In this document: piece after piece, positions 52,448-64,000 of the stretch
Numbering within the stretch: the stretch's first letter is position 1
Layout of the letters: each line of letters begins with the position of its first letter
Assembly (NCBI GenBank): GCA_965238075.1
Contig: OZ250173.1
Span: 1,728,001 to 1,792,000 of the forward strand
Origin: Candidatus Entotheonellaceae bacterium
GTDB taxonomy: Bacteria > Tectomicrobia > Entotheonellia > Entotheonellales > Entotheonellaceae
DNA length: 64,000 nucleotides
Reading direction: 5' to 3'
The notes under the pieces: generated by a model
What the model saw: only the letters and a program-made list of their open reading frames with translations
What the model was told of the DNA's origin: nothing
Database searches by the model: none
Program-made: the position numbers and the translations under genes

Positions 52448-53560
52448 ATGGAAGTGCAAGAAGGTCTTGAAGGGGTCGTAGCGTTTGCCTCGGGACTGAG
52501 TTCGATCGTTGGGGCGACGCTGACCTATCGCGGCTACGTGATTGAAGATCTGGCGGAGCACTCGACCTTTGAAGAAGTGGTGTACCTGTTATGGCACGGG
52601 CAGTTGCCGAGCCAGGCCGAACTCGACCAACTGATCCATGACCTCCGCAGCCAGTACGCGCTTCCGGAACCCGTGCTCGACGTCATGCACCGCCTGCCGA
52701 CCGACGTTCATCCCATGGAGTACGTGCGCACCGTTACCTCCGTCATGGCCCTCTACGATCCCGACCGACACGACAATTCACACGACGCCAACGTCCGCAA
52801 GGCCACCCGCATGGTGGCGCGAATGCCCGCCCTGGTGGCGGGGTTCGACTGTATCCGTAACGGCAAGGAACCCCTGGCGCCGAAGCCGGACGTCAATATC
52901 GCCACCAATTTCCTCTACATGCTGCAAGGACAGGACCCCGACCCGGAGTTTGCGCAATTCTTCGACACCGCCCTGATTCTCCACGCCGACCACGAAATCA
53001 ACGCCTCGACGTTCGCCGCTCGCGTCACCGTAGCAACCATTTCGGACATCTATTCGGGCGTGGTGTCGGCCATCGGCGCCCTCAAGGGTCCGCTGCACGG
53101 CGGCGCCAACGAGCAGGTGATGGTCACCCTCAAAGCCATCGGCAGCATGGACAACGTCAAGCCCTACCTGATGAAGGCGCTGGCCAACAAGGATCGCATC
53201 ATGGGGTTCGGCCACCGCGTCTACAAGGAAGGCGACCCGCGCGCCAAAATCCTCGGGCCGATGTCCAAGCGCATGGGCGAGAAGACCGGACAGCCGCAGT
53301 GGTACGAAATGTCCGTGCAGGTCCATGAGCTTATGGAGCGCGAGAAGGGCCTGATCCCGAACGTCGATTTCTACTCCGCCTCGACCTACCACAACATGGG
53401 TATTCCTACCGACATCTTCACGCCGGTCTTCGTGATCAGCCGCGTGGCCGGCTGGACCGCACACATCATCGAACAGCTGGACCGCAACCGCCTGATCCGC
53501 CCGCGCGCCAAGTACGTCGGGCCCGTCGACCTGAAGTGGGTGCCGCCCGCTCAGCGTTAG
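52448..53560 (+). CDS. Citrate (or 2-methylcitrate) synthase, short type
   Basis: LTYRGY, LHADHE, GPLHGGANE, GFGHRVY, PNVDFY, LIRPR. Confidence 0.95.
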   Translation: MEVQEGLEGVVAFASGLSSIVGATLTYRGYVIEDLAEHSTFEEVVYLLWHGQLPSQAELDQLIHDLRSQYALPEPVLDVMHRLPTDVHPMEYVRTVTSVMALYDPDRHDNSHDANVRKATRMVARMPALVAGFDCIRNGKEPLAPKPDVNIATNFLYMLQGQDPDPEFAQFFDTALILHADHEINASTFAARVTVATISDIYSGVVSAIGALKGPLHGGANEQVMVTLKAIGSMDNVKPYLMKALANKDRIMGFGHRVYKEGDPRAKILGPMSKRMGEKTGQPQWYEMSVQVHELMEREKGLIPNVDFYSASTYHNMGIPTDIFTPVFVISRVAGWTAHIIEQLDRNRLIRPRAKYVGPVDLKWVPPAQR

Positions 53561-53670
53561 GATGAAGGCTCAACGAAGTGCGGGGCTGGACGGGTCGTGT
53601 TGCTCAAAGCGATGACGCTGTGAAGTGGCCAATAAACTTGTCGTTAAGCGTCACAGCCAGAGAGGAAGTG

Positions 53671-53934
53671 ATGATGAACGTAAAGGAATTTGAAGACGCC
53701 GTGTGGGCCACGGAAGGAATTCGTATTGTGATTCGTGCAGGTGCGAATGGTGCGTTCGAGAATTACAAGTACGAACGTGCTGCGCCAGATAGTTGGAGCA
53801 TCAGTAGGCTACTGGAGAAACGTATCCAACAACATGCAAGCGACCTAGAGGTCATTGTTATTCAGGGCAACGGTGAGCAGCCCCGTGGCAATGTTGTCCT
53901 TCGAACACTTCGAGCGTCATATCGCAGCCAGTAG
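53671..53934 (+). CDS. Hypothetical 87-aa protein, lower GC, cassette-like context
   Basis: AGAGGAAG SD; A/T-ending codons unlike neighbours; flanked by GTTAAGCG and CGCTTAAC. Confidence 0.7.
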   Translation: MMNVKEFEDAVWATEGIRIVIRAGANGAFENYKYERAAPDSWSISRLLEKRIQQHASDLEVIVIQGNGEQPRGNVVLRTLRASYRSQ

Positions 53935-53984
53935 TACCGCTTAACAAACCCAAATGTGCCGAAATCGCCCGATCAGCGCTGACG

Positions 53985-54686
53985 CTATGAACACCCGTCA
54001 ATAATCACCGTGAACTCCCCGCGCACCGACCGCTCCTGCCAGCTTTCCAACAGGCTGGCAGCCGTCCCGCGCATAACCTCTTCGTAGTGCTTGGTAAGTT
54101 CCCGTGCCACCACGACGCGCCGCTCGGCGCCGAAATGTTCCACGAGTTCGCGTAACAGCTTGACGAAGCGATGCGGGGATTCGTAGAGCACCACGGTGCG
54201 AAGCTCCTCCCGCAGCGCTTCCAGACGCTGCCGCCGCCGACCGCTCTTCACGGGCAGAAATCCTTCGAACACAAAGCGATTCATGGGCAGGCCGGAGACC
54301 GACAGGGCTGCGATGGCCGCGCTGGGTCCGGGTATGGGCACGACGGGGATGTCGTGCGGTAGCAGGACCTGCAGGAGATGATACGCCGGGTCGGCGATGC
54401 CCGGCGTGCCGGCGTCGGTGACCAGGGCAATACGCCGCCCCTCTTGCAGCAGGCCAAGCAGTCGTTGCGCCTGGGGCACCTTGTTGTGGTCGTGGTAGCT
54501 CAGCAGCGGGCGGGAGATATCGAAATGGGTCAGCAGCTTGCGCGTGTGCCGGGTATCCTCGGCGGCAATCAGGTCTACGCTACCGAGGACGCGCAGGGCG
54601 CGCAGGGTGATGTCGTCGAGATTGCCGATCGGCGTGGCGACGATGTAGAGCATGCCGCGGTCGTCTACCGGTGCCATCTCCGACAC
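53985..54686 (-). CDS. rsmI: 16S rRNA C1402 2'-O-methyltransferase
   Basis: LYIVATPIGNLDDIT, AAEDTRHT, DAGTPGIADP, YESPHR, ARELTK. Confidence 0.96.
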   Translation of the reverse strand: MSEMAPVDDRGMLYIVATPIGNLDDITLRALRVLGSVDLIAAEDTRHTRKLLTHFDISRPLLSYHDHNKVPQAQRLLGLLQEGRRIALVTDAGTPGIADPAYHLLQVLLPHDIPVVPIPGPSAAIAALSVSGLPMNRFVFEGFLPVKSGRRRQRLEALREELRTVVLYESPHRFVKLLRELVEHFGAERRVVVARELTKHYEEVMRGTAASLLESWQERSVRGEFTVIIDGCS

Positions 54687-54689
54687 GAC

Positions 54690-55433
54690 TCACCGCCCCT
54701 CGGCGAGCGCGCGGCCCTGAAAGATGGCCTGCATCTCGGCGCTGTAGACGTTCGGCGCTTGGTAGACGACCAGTGGCGGCAGCACCTCCAGGGCGTCTCG
54801 ACCGCCGCGCAGGGCTTCAACAAGGGCCATCGTCGCAGGGCCTTGATCGTTTGGGTGGACGAAACGCAGGCGGCAAGGATTCAGGCCGGCTGCTTCCAGA
54901 CGGCTGCACAACTCGGCAAGGCGGGATGGATGGTAGACCAGCAGCAGGCGGCTACGCCGCGCCAGCAGATGCCGCGCAGCCTGCACAACCTGGCACAGCG
55001 TCACCGCGACCTCATGGCGCGCAATGGCCTTTTCGGATTGCGGGTTGAGACGCCCGTGACCCACGGCGTGATACGGCGGATTGCACACCACGGTTCCGAA
55101 GCTTGCGGACGCAAAACATGCAGCGGCATCGCGGATATCGCCCTGTACGATGCTGACTTGTTGGGCCAGAGCGTTGTGCGCCACATTCCGTTGCGCCGCG
55201 GCCGCCAGGCCAGCTTGCAGTTCCAGCGCGACGATAGGAGATCCCGGAAAACGCCGCGCCAGCAGAAAGGCAACGATGCCGCAGCCAGTGCCGAGGTCGA
55301 TGATGGGTCCGGTGGTTATGGAAGGAACAAAATCGGCGAGCAGGAAGGCGTCGAGCGAGAAGCGGTAACCGTTCGGGTTTTGGTGCAAGGTGAGACGCCA
55401 GGCCCCAGGGGCATCCGACGCCTCGTCTCGCAA
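54690..55433 (-). CDS. tRNA1(Val) A37 N6-methyltransferase-like
   Basis: QNPNGYRFSLDAFLL, DLGTGCG, CNPPY, IARHE; TTG start inferred after the atpC stop. Confidence 0.85.
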   Translation of the reverse strand: MRDEASDAPGAWRLTLHQNPNGYRFSLDAFLLADFVPSITTGPIIDLGTGCGIVAFLLARRFPGSPIVALELQAGLAAAAQRNVAHNALAQQVSIVQGDIRDAAACFASASFGTVVCNPPYHAVGHGRLNPQSEKAIARHEVAVTLCQVVQAARHLLARRSRLLLVYHPSRLAELCSRLEAAGLNPCRLRFVHPNDQGPATMALVEALRGGRDALEVLPPLVVYQAPNVYSAEMQAIFQGRALAEGR

Positions 55434-55437
55434 CCCC

Positions 55438-55842
55438 TCAGCCTCGCCGCGCGCTGACCTGAAGGCGGACGAGGGCCCGCTGCAGCGCGGCGCTGGCGCG
55501 GTCGAAGTCAACGACCTGCGCGTCGCCGCTACGCAGCCGTTCCAAGGCGCGGTCGCGCGCTGAACCGGCGCGCTCCGGGTCGATTTCGGCCATGTCTTCC
55601 GCGACCTCGGCGAGCACGGTCACCTTGTCGTCGCTGACCTCCATGTAGCCCCGGAAGACGGTCAGGTAACGCTGCTGACCGTCCTTGCGAAGCATGAGCT
55701 CGCCCTGTCCCAGGTTGGTGAGGAAGGCGACGTGGCCGGGAAGAATGCCAAGATAGCCCTCCGTCCCGGGCAGATTCAGTTCATCCACCTCGTCCTGCAG
55801 GAGCAGGCGGTTCGGGGTAAGAATTTCCACGGACAACGGCAC
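55438..55842 (-). CDS. atpC: F1 ATP synthase epsilon subunit
   Basis: VEILTP, LPGTEGYLGILPGH, ALQRALVRL. Confidence 0.95.
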   Translation of the reverse strand: MPLSVEILTPNRLLLQDEVDELNLPGTEGYLGILPGHVAFLTNLGQGELMLRKDGQQRYLTVFRGYMEVSDDKVTVLAEVAEDMAEIDPERAGSARDRALERLRSGDAQVVDFDRASAALQRALVRLQVSARRG

Positions 55843-55844
55843 CG

Positions 55845-57347
<1,503 letters not shown>

Positions 57348-57351
57348 TTTT

Positions 57352-58278
57352 TTACAGGGCGTCCGCGCCGCTGACGACCTCGATCAGTTCCTTGGTAATG
57401 GCAGCCTGCCGCGCCCGGTTGAAGGTCAGGGTGAGGCTGGCGATCATCTCCGATGCGTTTTCCGTCGCCGAATCCATGGCCGTCATGCGGGCGCCGTGCT
57501 CGCCGGCGAAGGACTCCAGCAGCACCTGGAAGAGCTGGACGTCGACCTCCCGGCGCAGCAGGCTGTCCAGCACCGCCTCGGCGGACGGCTCGTAGATGAA
57601 ATCAAACGGCTCGGCGGGCTCGGCGTCCGTCGTGGTGTGGCCGCTCATGGGCAGGAGTTGCAAGGTGGTAACCACCTGATGCACGGCGGAGCCGAACCGG
57701 TTGTACAGAACCAGGACGCTCTTGTACCCGGCGGCCGTCTCCGAGGCTTCGTCCGCATAGCCGTAGTCGTCGTCTTCGGCGTCGTCCTGCGTGCCCTCGT
57801 AGGCGGCCAGAATCGTTGCCGCCAGTTCCACGGCTTGCTCGTATGCCACCTGGCGGGTGAACAGGTCCATATAAGACGCCTGCATCTCGTAGCGACGATA
57901 GGTGAGAAAATCCCGCCCCTTGCGCCCGATCGTAATGATATTGACGTTCTCATTGCCGCCCAGTTCACCCAGCACCTCGACGGCAGCGCGCTGCACATTG
58001 CCGTTGAATCCGCCGCACAGGCCGCGGTCCGACGTCACCAGCACCAGCAGGGTTTTGCCGCTGTCGCGGGGCGCCAGAAGGGGATGTATGTCGGGCCGCA
58101 CGCGGGCGTCGAGGTGCTCGAGCACCTGCCGCAGGCGCTGCGAATAGGGCCGCGCCGCCAGCACGCGGTCCTGGGCGCGCTGCAGCTTGGCGGCGGAGAC
58201 CATTTTCATGGCGTTGGTGATCTGCTGGGTGTTCTTGACGCTGGTAATACGCCGGCGGATGTCGCGCAAACTTGGCAT
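57352..58278 (-). CDS. atpG: F1 ATP synthase gamma subunit
   Basis: QITNAMKMVSAAKL, SDRGLCGGFN, ARMTAMDSAT, RQAAITKEL. Confidence 0.97.
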   Translation of the reverse strand: MPSLRDIRRRITSVKNTQQITNAMKMVSAAKLQRAQDRVLAARPYSQRLRQVLEHLDARVRPDIHPLLAPRDSGKTLLVLVTSDRGLCGGFNGNVQRAAVEVLGELGGNENVNIITIGRKGRDFLTYRRYEMQASYMDLFTRQVAYEQAVELAATILAAYEGTQDDAEDDDYGYADEASETAAGYKSVLVLYNRFGSAVHQVVTTLQLLPMSGHTTTDAEPAEPFDFIYEPSAEAVLDSLLRREVDVQLFQVLLESFAGEHGARMTAMDSATENASEMIASLTLTFNRARQAAITKELIEVVSGADAL

Positions 58279-58280
58279 GA

Positions 58281-59843
58281 CTAGGCCGTTCCCACCTGAG
58301 CGGTTTGCAACGCCTTGTAAGCTTCGAGAGCCTCGCGCAGCGCCGTCTGCGTCGCCTCGGTAATTTCCCCGGTCTCCGCAATGCTGCGCGGGATGTCAGG
58401 GTGGCGCGTTTCAACGTTCTGCAGGAAGTCGCGTGTGAAGTCCTGGCAGGAATCGGTCGGCTGGTCGTCCAGAAAACCGTTGACGGCTGCGAAGATGGTG
58501 ATCACTTGCTGCTCGAAGCGCAGCGGTTCGTACTGGCCCTGCTTGAGGATTTCGACCATGCGTTCGCCACGCGACAACTGCGCCTGGGTGGCGGTGTCGA
58601 GCTCGCTGCCGAATTGCGCGAAGGCCGCCATTTCCCGATACTGCGCCAGGTCGAGCCGCAGCCGCCCGGCCACCTGCTTCATGGCCCGCGTTTGCGCCGC
58701 GCCGCCGACGCGCGACACGGACAGGCCGACGTTGATCGCCGGGCGCACGCCGGAATAAAACAGGTCGGATTCGAGATAAATCTGGCCGTCCGTGATGGAG
58801 ATGACGTTGGTAGGAATGTAAGCCGACACGTCACCGGCCTGGGTTTCGATGATCGGCAGCGCCGTCAGGGAGCCGCCGCCGTGGTCGTCGCTGAGCTTGG
58901 CGGCGCGTTCCAGCAGGCGGGAGTGCAGGTAGAACACGTCGCCGGGGTAGGCTTCGCGTCCGGGCGGGCGGCGCAGCAGCAAGGAGAGCTGTCGGTAGGC
59001 CGCGGCTTGCTTGGAGAGATCGTCGTAGATGCACAGCGCATGGCCGCCCTTGTCGCGGAAATACTCGCCCATGGCGCAACCGGCGTAGGGCGCTACGTAC
59101 TGCAGAGGCGCCGGATCACTGGCCGTGGCCGCCACCACGATGGAGTAACGCATGGCACCGTGTTCTTCCAGCACGCGCACGACCTGCGCCACCGTCGAGC
59201 GCTTCTGGCCGATAGCGACGTAGATGCAGACGACGCCGGGATGCCCCGGCTTCCACGCCGGCTCCCCCTCCCACGCCGCCTTCTGGCTGATCATGGCGTC
59301 GATGGCCACCGCGGTCTTGCCGGTCTGGCGGTCGCCGATGATGAGTTCGCGCTGCCCGCGTCCGATCGGCACCATGGAATCGATGGCCTTGAGGCCGGTT
59401 TGCAGCGGCTGGTTCACCGGATGGCGGTCGATCACGCCCGGCGCGATGCGCTCGATGGGGCTGCTGTCCTTCGTGTCGATCGGCCCCTTGCCGTCGATGG
59501 GCTGCCCCAGCGAATTGACGACGCGCCCAATCATCGCCTCGCCCACCGGCACTTCCATGATGCGGCCGGTGCGGCGTACCTCGTCGCCCTCCTTGATGTC
59601 CGTGTCGGCGCCCAGCAACACCGCGCCGACGTTGTCTTCTTCAAGGTTGAGGGCCATGCCGTATATGTCGTGCGGGAAGAGCAACAACTCGCCGGCCATG
59701 CACTTGTCGAGGCCGTAAATGCGGGCGATGCCGTCGCCGACGGTAATCACCGAGCCCGTTTCGGCGAGCTCGACCTCGCCGACGTAGCCCTCGATCTGGC
59801 GTTTGATGATTTCACTGATTTCTGCTGCGTTAATATCCGCCAC
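58281..59843 (-). CDS. atpA: F1 ATP synthase alpha subunit
   Basis: [43 protein letters not shown]. Confidence 0.98.
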   Translation of the reverse strand: MADINAAEISEIIKRQIEGYVGEVELAETGSVITVGDGIARIYGLDKCMAGELLLFPHDIYGMALNLEEDNVGAVLLGADTDIKEGDEVRRTGRIMEVPVGEAMIGRVVNSLGQPIDGKGPIDTKDSSPIERIAPGVIDRHPVNQPLQTGLKAIDSMVPIGRGQRELIIGDRQTGKTAVAIDAMISQKAAWEGEPAWKPGHPGVVCIYVAIGQKRSTVAQVVRVLEEHGAMRYSIVVAATASDPAPLQYVAPYAGCAMGEYFRDKGGHALCIYDDLSKQAAAYRQLSLLLRRPPGREAYPGDVFYLHSRLLERAAKLSDDHGGGSLTALPIIETQAGDVSAYIPTNVISITDGQIYLESDLFYSGVRPAINVGLSVSRVGGAAQTRAMKQVAGRLRLDLAQYREMAAFAQFGSELDTATQAQLSRGERMVEILKQGQYEPLRFEQQVITIFAAVNGFLDDQPTDSCQDFTRDFLQNVETRHPDIPRSIAETGEITEATQTALREALEAYKALQTAQVGTA

Positions 59844-59849
59844 GATGCC

Positions 59850-60392
59850 TCATCCTCCTATCAGTTCCTTGCGCAACTGGGTGAGCTGGCCTCGCAGGCT
59901 GCCATCCAGAACGACATTATTGACACGCACCACCAAGCCGCCGAGGAGGCGCGGGTCCACGTGCGCTTCCAGAATCACGTTCTTGTGCGTCATGTCCGCG
60001 ATTTTATGCGTCACGGCCTCGCGTTGCTCCGCCGCAAGCTCGATGGCCGTGGTCACCTGCGCCACCACACGTTGCAATTCCTCGTTGGCCAGCCGCTCGT
60101 AGTGCTCACAGATTACGTCGAATTGGTTCAACCGTTTTTTTTCGAGAAGAAGCAGGAGGAAATTCCGCAGCAGGGGAGACGGCTGCGTGCGGTCAAGAAC
60201 GGCCGTCAGGAGACCGGCTTTGTCATCTGCGTCAATGCCAGGGTTGTTCAGAATCAGTTGCAGGTCGGCGTTTGAGCGCAGGAGACTGAGGTGCTGCTGC
60301 AATTGCTCGGCGATGTCGGCAACCTGATCATCGCGCTTGGCCAACTCCACCAAGGCTTTCGCATATCTCCGCGCCGCGGCCCTGCCTTTCAA
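59850..60392 (-). CDS. atpH: ATP synthase delta subunit
   Basis: ARRYAKAL, NFLLLLLEKKR, VDPRLLGG..V.....DGS; TTG start at 60392. Confidence 0.93.
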   Translation of the reverse strand: MKGRAAARRYAKALVELAKRDDQVADIAEQLQQHLSLLRSNADLQLILNNPGIDADDKAGLLTAVLDRTQPSPLLRNFLLLLLEKKRLNQFDVICEHYERLANEELQRVVAQVTTAIELAAEQREAVTHKIADMTHKNVILEAHVDPRLLGGLVVRVNNVVLDGSLRGQLTQLRKELIGG

Positions 60393-60396
60393 GAAA

Positions 60397-60430
60397 CTCC
60401 CTCCCCTGACCCCTCCCAAGAGGAGGGGAA
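60397..60430. repeat. Family A element (A4) overlapping the atpH ribosome-binding region
   Basis: CTCCCTCCCC-TGA-CCCCTCC-CAAGA-GGAGGGG; perfect 7-bp stem. Confidence 0.75.
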
Positions 60431-60728
60431 AATTCCCAAGTTTGTGGCGTGCACTCTGTATACCGGTGATGCCCGAGCAACTCGTGTCTATGGACGCAAC
60501 GGTTGACGGCCTTGGTTCCCGTCTCGCCCTATCTCCAAAAAGTTGTTCCCCGCACCTGTCTACCAGCGCATTACCAGTCATCAAGGTTCAGGGAAATGGG
60601 CAAGAAAAACGGAGGATACGTTCAAATTTCCTGAAGTCGGGGCATCAAACTACCATATTTTCAGTGCCGCGGCAAGACGATCTGGCGCATGCAACACGCG
60701 CGTTGTTACAGGTTGTTCAGACCTTCTG

Positions 60729-61724
60729 CTAAGCCAATTCGTAGATGGAAGTGAGCTTCGGCTCGTCGCCGTCGACCACCCTGGCGCGGGCGGTGTCAAC
60801 GAGGTGCAACAGGTGGGCGTGCACCGAATTGGCCGCCGGGTACCACAGGCGCTTGTCGTAGCCGACGTACATGTCGGGCACGATGTCGGCGATGCGCCGC
60901 GCGCCGCCTCGCAGGTGGGCGATGATCTGCTGCTCGCGCTCCTCGCGGTGCGCGATGCACGCCCGCACGTAGCGGTCCGGCTCGGTGATGGCGGGTCCGT
61001 GCGTCGGCCAGTAGCGCTCGGCTCGGCGGGGCAGCAGTTTGCGCAGCGAGGCCAGGTAGTTCTGCATGGAGCCGTCGGGCGGCGACACCACGCTGGTGGC
61101 CCAGCCCATCACGTGGTCGCCAGAGAACAGGCAGTTTTCCTCCTGCAGGTGATAGCACAGGTGATTGGAGCAGTGGCCCGGGGTGTGCACCGCGGTCATC
61201 GTCCAGTTGCCGCCGCGCACCACGTCGCCGTCGCCGAGACACTCGTCGGGCCGGAAGTCGAGGTCGGGGCCCTCGCGTTTCAGTTCTGCCGGCAAATCGT
61301 CCCATTCCTTGTCGAAACGGCTCTTTTCTTCCGCCGTGAAGTAGGCCGAGAAATCCACCCGGTCGTTCGGATCGTAAGCTCGCACCGCGCCGTGCGGCCC
61401 GAAGCCGTAAGAGCGGGCGCCGGTCAACTCCTGCAGGCGGGCGGTCAGGGACGAATGATCGCTGTGCGTGTGGGTGATCAGGACGTGCGTCACCGTCTCG
61501 CCGGGGCCCAGCGCCGCCAGCACGTCGTCGACGTGCGAGGACAGCGGCGGCCCGGGATCAATCACCGCTACCCCGCCCGTGCCCACGATGTAGGTACCCG
61601 TACCCTTATAGGTGAACGGCGTCGGATTGCGGCAAACGACCCGGCGGATCAGCGGCGTCATCCGTATGACGGCGCCGTAGTCAAACGCGCCCATGTCACG
61701 GTAATGCTCAATTTGCACGGCCAT
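60729..61724 (-). CDS. MBL-fold metallo-hydrolase (LACTB2-like)
   Basis: THTHSDH, TPGHCSNH, FSGDHVM, PTHG, AHLLHL. Confidence 0.92.
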   Translation of the reverse strand: MAVQIEHYRDMGAFDYGAVIRMTPLIRRVVCRNPTPFTYKGTGTYIVGTGGVAVIDPGPPLSSHVDDVLAALGPGETVTHVLITHTHSDHSSLTARLQELTGARSYGFGPHGAVRAYDPNDRVDFSAYFTAEEKSRFDKEWDDLPAELKREGPDLDFRPDECLGDGDVVRGGNWTMTAVHTPGHCSNHLCYHLQEENCLFSGDHVMGWATSVVSPPDGSMQNYLASLRKLLPRRAERYWPTHGPAITEPDRYVRACIAHREEREQQIIAHLRGGARRIADIVPDMYVGYDKRLWYPAANSVHAHLLHLVDTARARVVDGDEPKLTSIYELA

Positions 61725-61892
61725 ATCGCTCCTTTTCTGCGCTGCGGGCGCTCATCCTAAGGGCCGCCTTCCGCCGCTGTCAAGAACGCCGCCGGGTTTG
61801 CCAATGCCTGTGACTTGTCATCTAATAAAGCGCGTCGGCTCCGTGCAGCGTAACCACCGAACACCTTCCTTTCTCACAAAGCGAGGCACTCC

Positions 61893-63107
<1,215 letters not shown>

Positions 63108-63148
63108 GAGCATTCCCGTGTCGGATTGATTCGGGTCTCATTTGAGAT

Positions 63149-63176
63149 TTCCCCCTCCCTTTCGGGGAGAAAGGAG
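63149..63176. repeat. Degenerate family A-like hairpin, or terminator
   Basis: TTCCCCCTCCC-TTTCG-GGGAGAAAGGAG. Confidence 0.4.
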
Positions 63177-63247
63177 TCGTATCATCCGAGATTGCTCCAG
63201 AAAGGTTGGATGCAGACGGGAAATGTTTCCGCCTGAAAGGCATGGCG

Positions 63248-63832
63248 ATGAAACATCTAGCGGGTTTCAGGAACTATCTCAACACGGCCTACGAGCAATC
63301 CGTGTTCGAGCGAGCGCTTGCCGTGCAGGACCTGTGGGCATGCCACCTGCACACCCGTCGCATGGCGCGGCTGCGGGTGACGGCCAACCTGACCCACGAC
63401 TTGCAGGTGGACGTCGAGGGCGAGGGCCCGGAAGACCTGCCTAAGCTGCATGTCAAGCTCCTGTACCCAGCCGCCCAAGCCGCCGCGGTGGCGCCCCTCA
63501 TCAAGTTCGACCCGCGCGTCCGGGCGCAGGGGCTCAAACCATTTCTGTCGCCGGCAGCCCGCCATCACGTGAAGAACAAATCACTGTTCGTGCTGATGAA
63601 GGACCGCGACGTGGTGGTCTTCACCCTTCTGGAAGGCGAGGTCGCGAGGGGTATCATCGGCGATTTCAGCCGCTACGACATCACCGTCAACCTCAAGGGC
63701 GGCCTGCCCGTGGTGCTGTTGCGGCACAGTATCTACGACCTGCGCAACAAGCGGGGGCGCTGCTATCTGAAATCCTCCCAGGACACCCACCGTGACTGGC
63801 AGAAGAGCGAGTACTTCGTACCGCTCCACTGA
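63248..63832 (+). CDS. Hypothetical protein with an Hfq/Sm-like C-terminal domain, possibly two Sm domains
   Basis: VVFTLLEGEVARGIIGDFSRYDI...LLRHSI parallels Hfq [23 protein letters not shown]...VYKHAI; by-eye alignment only. Confidence 0.6.
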   Translation: MKHLAGFRNYLNTAYEQSVFERALAVQDLWACHLHTRRMARLRVTANLTHDLQVDVEGEGPEDLPKLHVKLLYPAAQAAAVAPLIKFDPRVRAQGLKPFLSPAARHHVKNKSLFVLMKDRDVVVFTLLEGEVARGIIGDFSRYDITVNLKGGLPVVLLRHSIYDLRNKRGRCYLKSSQDTHRDWQKSEYFVPLH

Positions 63833-63845
63833 CAGTTTCCATCCT

Positions 63846-64000
63846 TCAGGAATCCTTGCTTGCCAGTAGCACGAAGAGGCGGCTGTCGCGCCGCACCGGG
63901 GTGCCCATCCAATCGCCGCAGGCCGCGGTGAGGGTGAGGCCGGCGGCGGCGAGCATGTGTTTGAGCTCGGCGAGCGAATAGGCTTGGCCGCTCAACCCAA
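63846..64000 (-). CDS. 3' end of a probable class I SAM-dependent methyltransferase (partial)
   Basis: My translation: ...AYSLAELKHMLAAAGLTLTAACGDWMGTPVRRDSRLFVLLASKDS*. Confidence 0.6.
   Translation of the reverse strand, partial: GLSGQAYSLAELKHMLAAAGLTLTAACGDWMGTPVRRDSRLFVLLASKDS

Noticed and set aside
59235-59280. AtpA insertion [15 protein letters not shown] containing CCCCCTCCC
   Set aside because: No complementary arm or TCAAG loop, and this AtpA loop varies in length in other lineages; not counted as family A.
58305-60275. Long antisense or alternate-frame ORFs (for example 656 aa opposite atpA, 528 aa opposite carB, 465 aa opposite hemH/hemY)
   Set aside because: Shadow ORFs expected from high-GC codon bias opposite conserved genes; no recognisable motifs.
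60393-60584. 64-aa N-terminal extension of AtpH in the ORF track
   Set aside because: Reads through the repeat and leader; conserved sequence starts at KGRAAARRY.

Overview
GC-rich bacterial chromosomal segment, mostly housekeeping genes. Gene order and content suggest a deltaproteobacterium- or Tectomicrobia/Nitrospinae-like organism (inference only). In order: pyrC(partial)-carA-carB-pyrD-lepB, rsmA, sucCD-ndk, a decayed ISAba1-like IS4 element, thioesterase, PQQ-type sugar dehydrogenase, MFS, aminotransferase, VOC protein, valS, tRNA-His/Lys/Leu-tig-clpP-clpX, tRNA-Val-infC-rpmI-rplT-zapB-like-zapA-5-formyl-THF cyclo-ligase, holB, hrcA-prmA-rsmE-purH-purD-glnB-TonB-like-glpK-gpsA-larB-larC, PIG-L deacetylase, a three-gene biotin-dependent carboxylase, hemE-hemH(frameshifted)-hemY, lipoprotein hydrolase, amidase, citrate synthase, rsmI, tRNA methyltransferase, atpHAGDC, MBL hydrolase, enolase-superfamily enzyme and an Hfq/Sm-like protein. 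The most unusual signal is a set of tiny palindromic elements inserted into coding sequences. Family B (23-24 bp, hairpin plus CAGGCT tail) has three copies in the IS transposase and one in valS. Family A (C/T-rich, triplex-like) has copies in carB (two), the sucC C-terminus and the atpH RBS region. Most copies of both families share a TCRRG loop. Also seen: inverted heptamer arrays, an integron-cassette-like orphan ORF, a structured valS leader and a LarC with a degenerate N-terminal domain.
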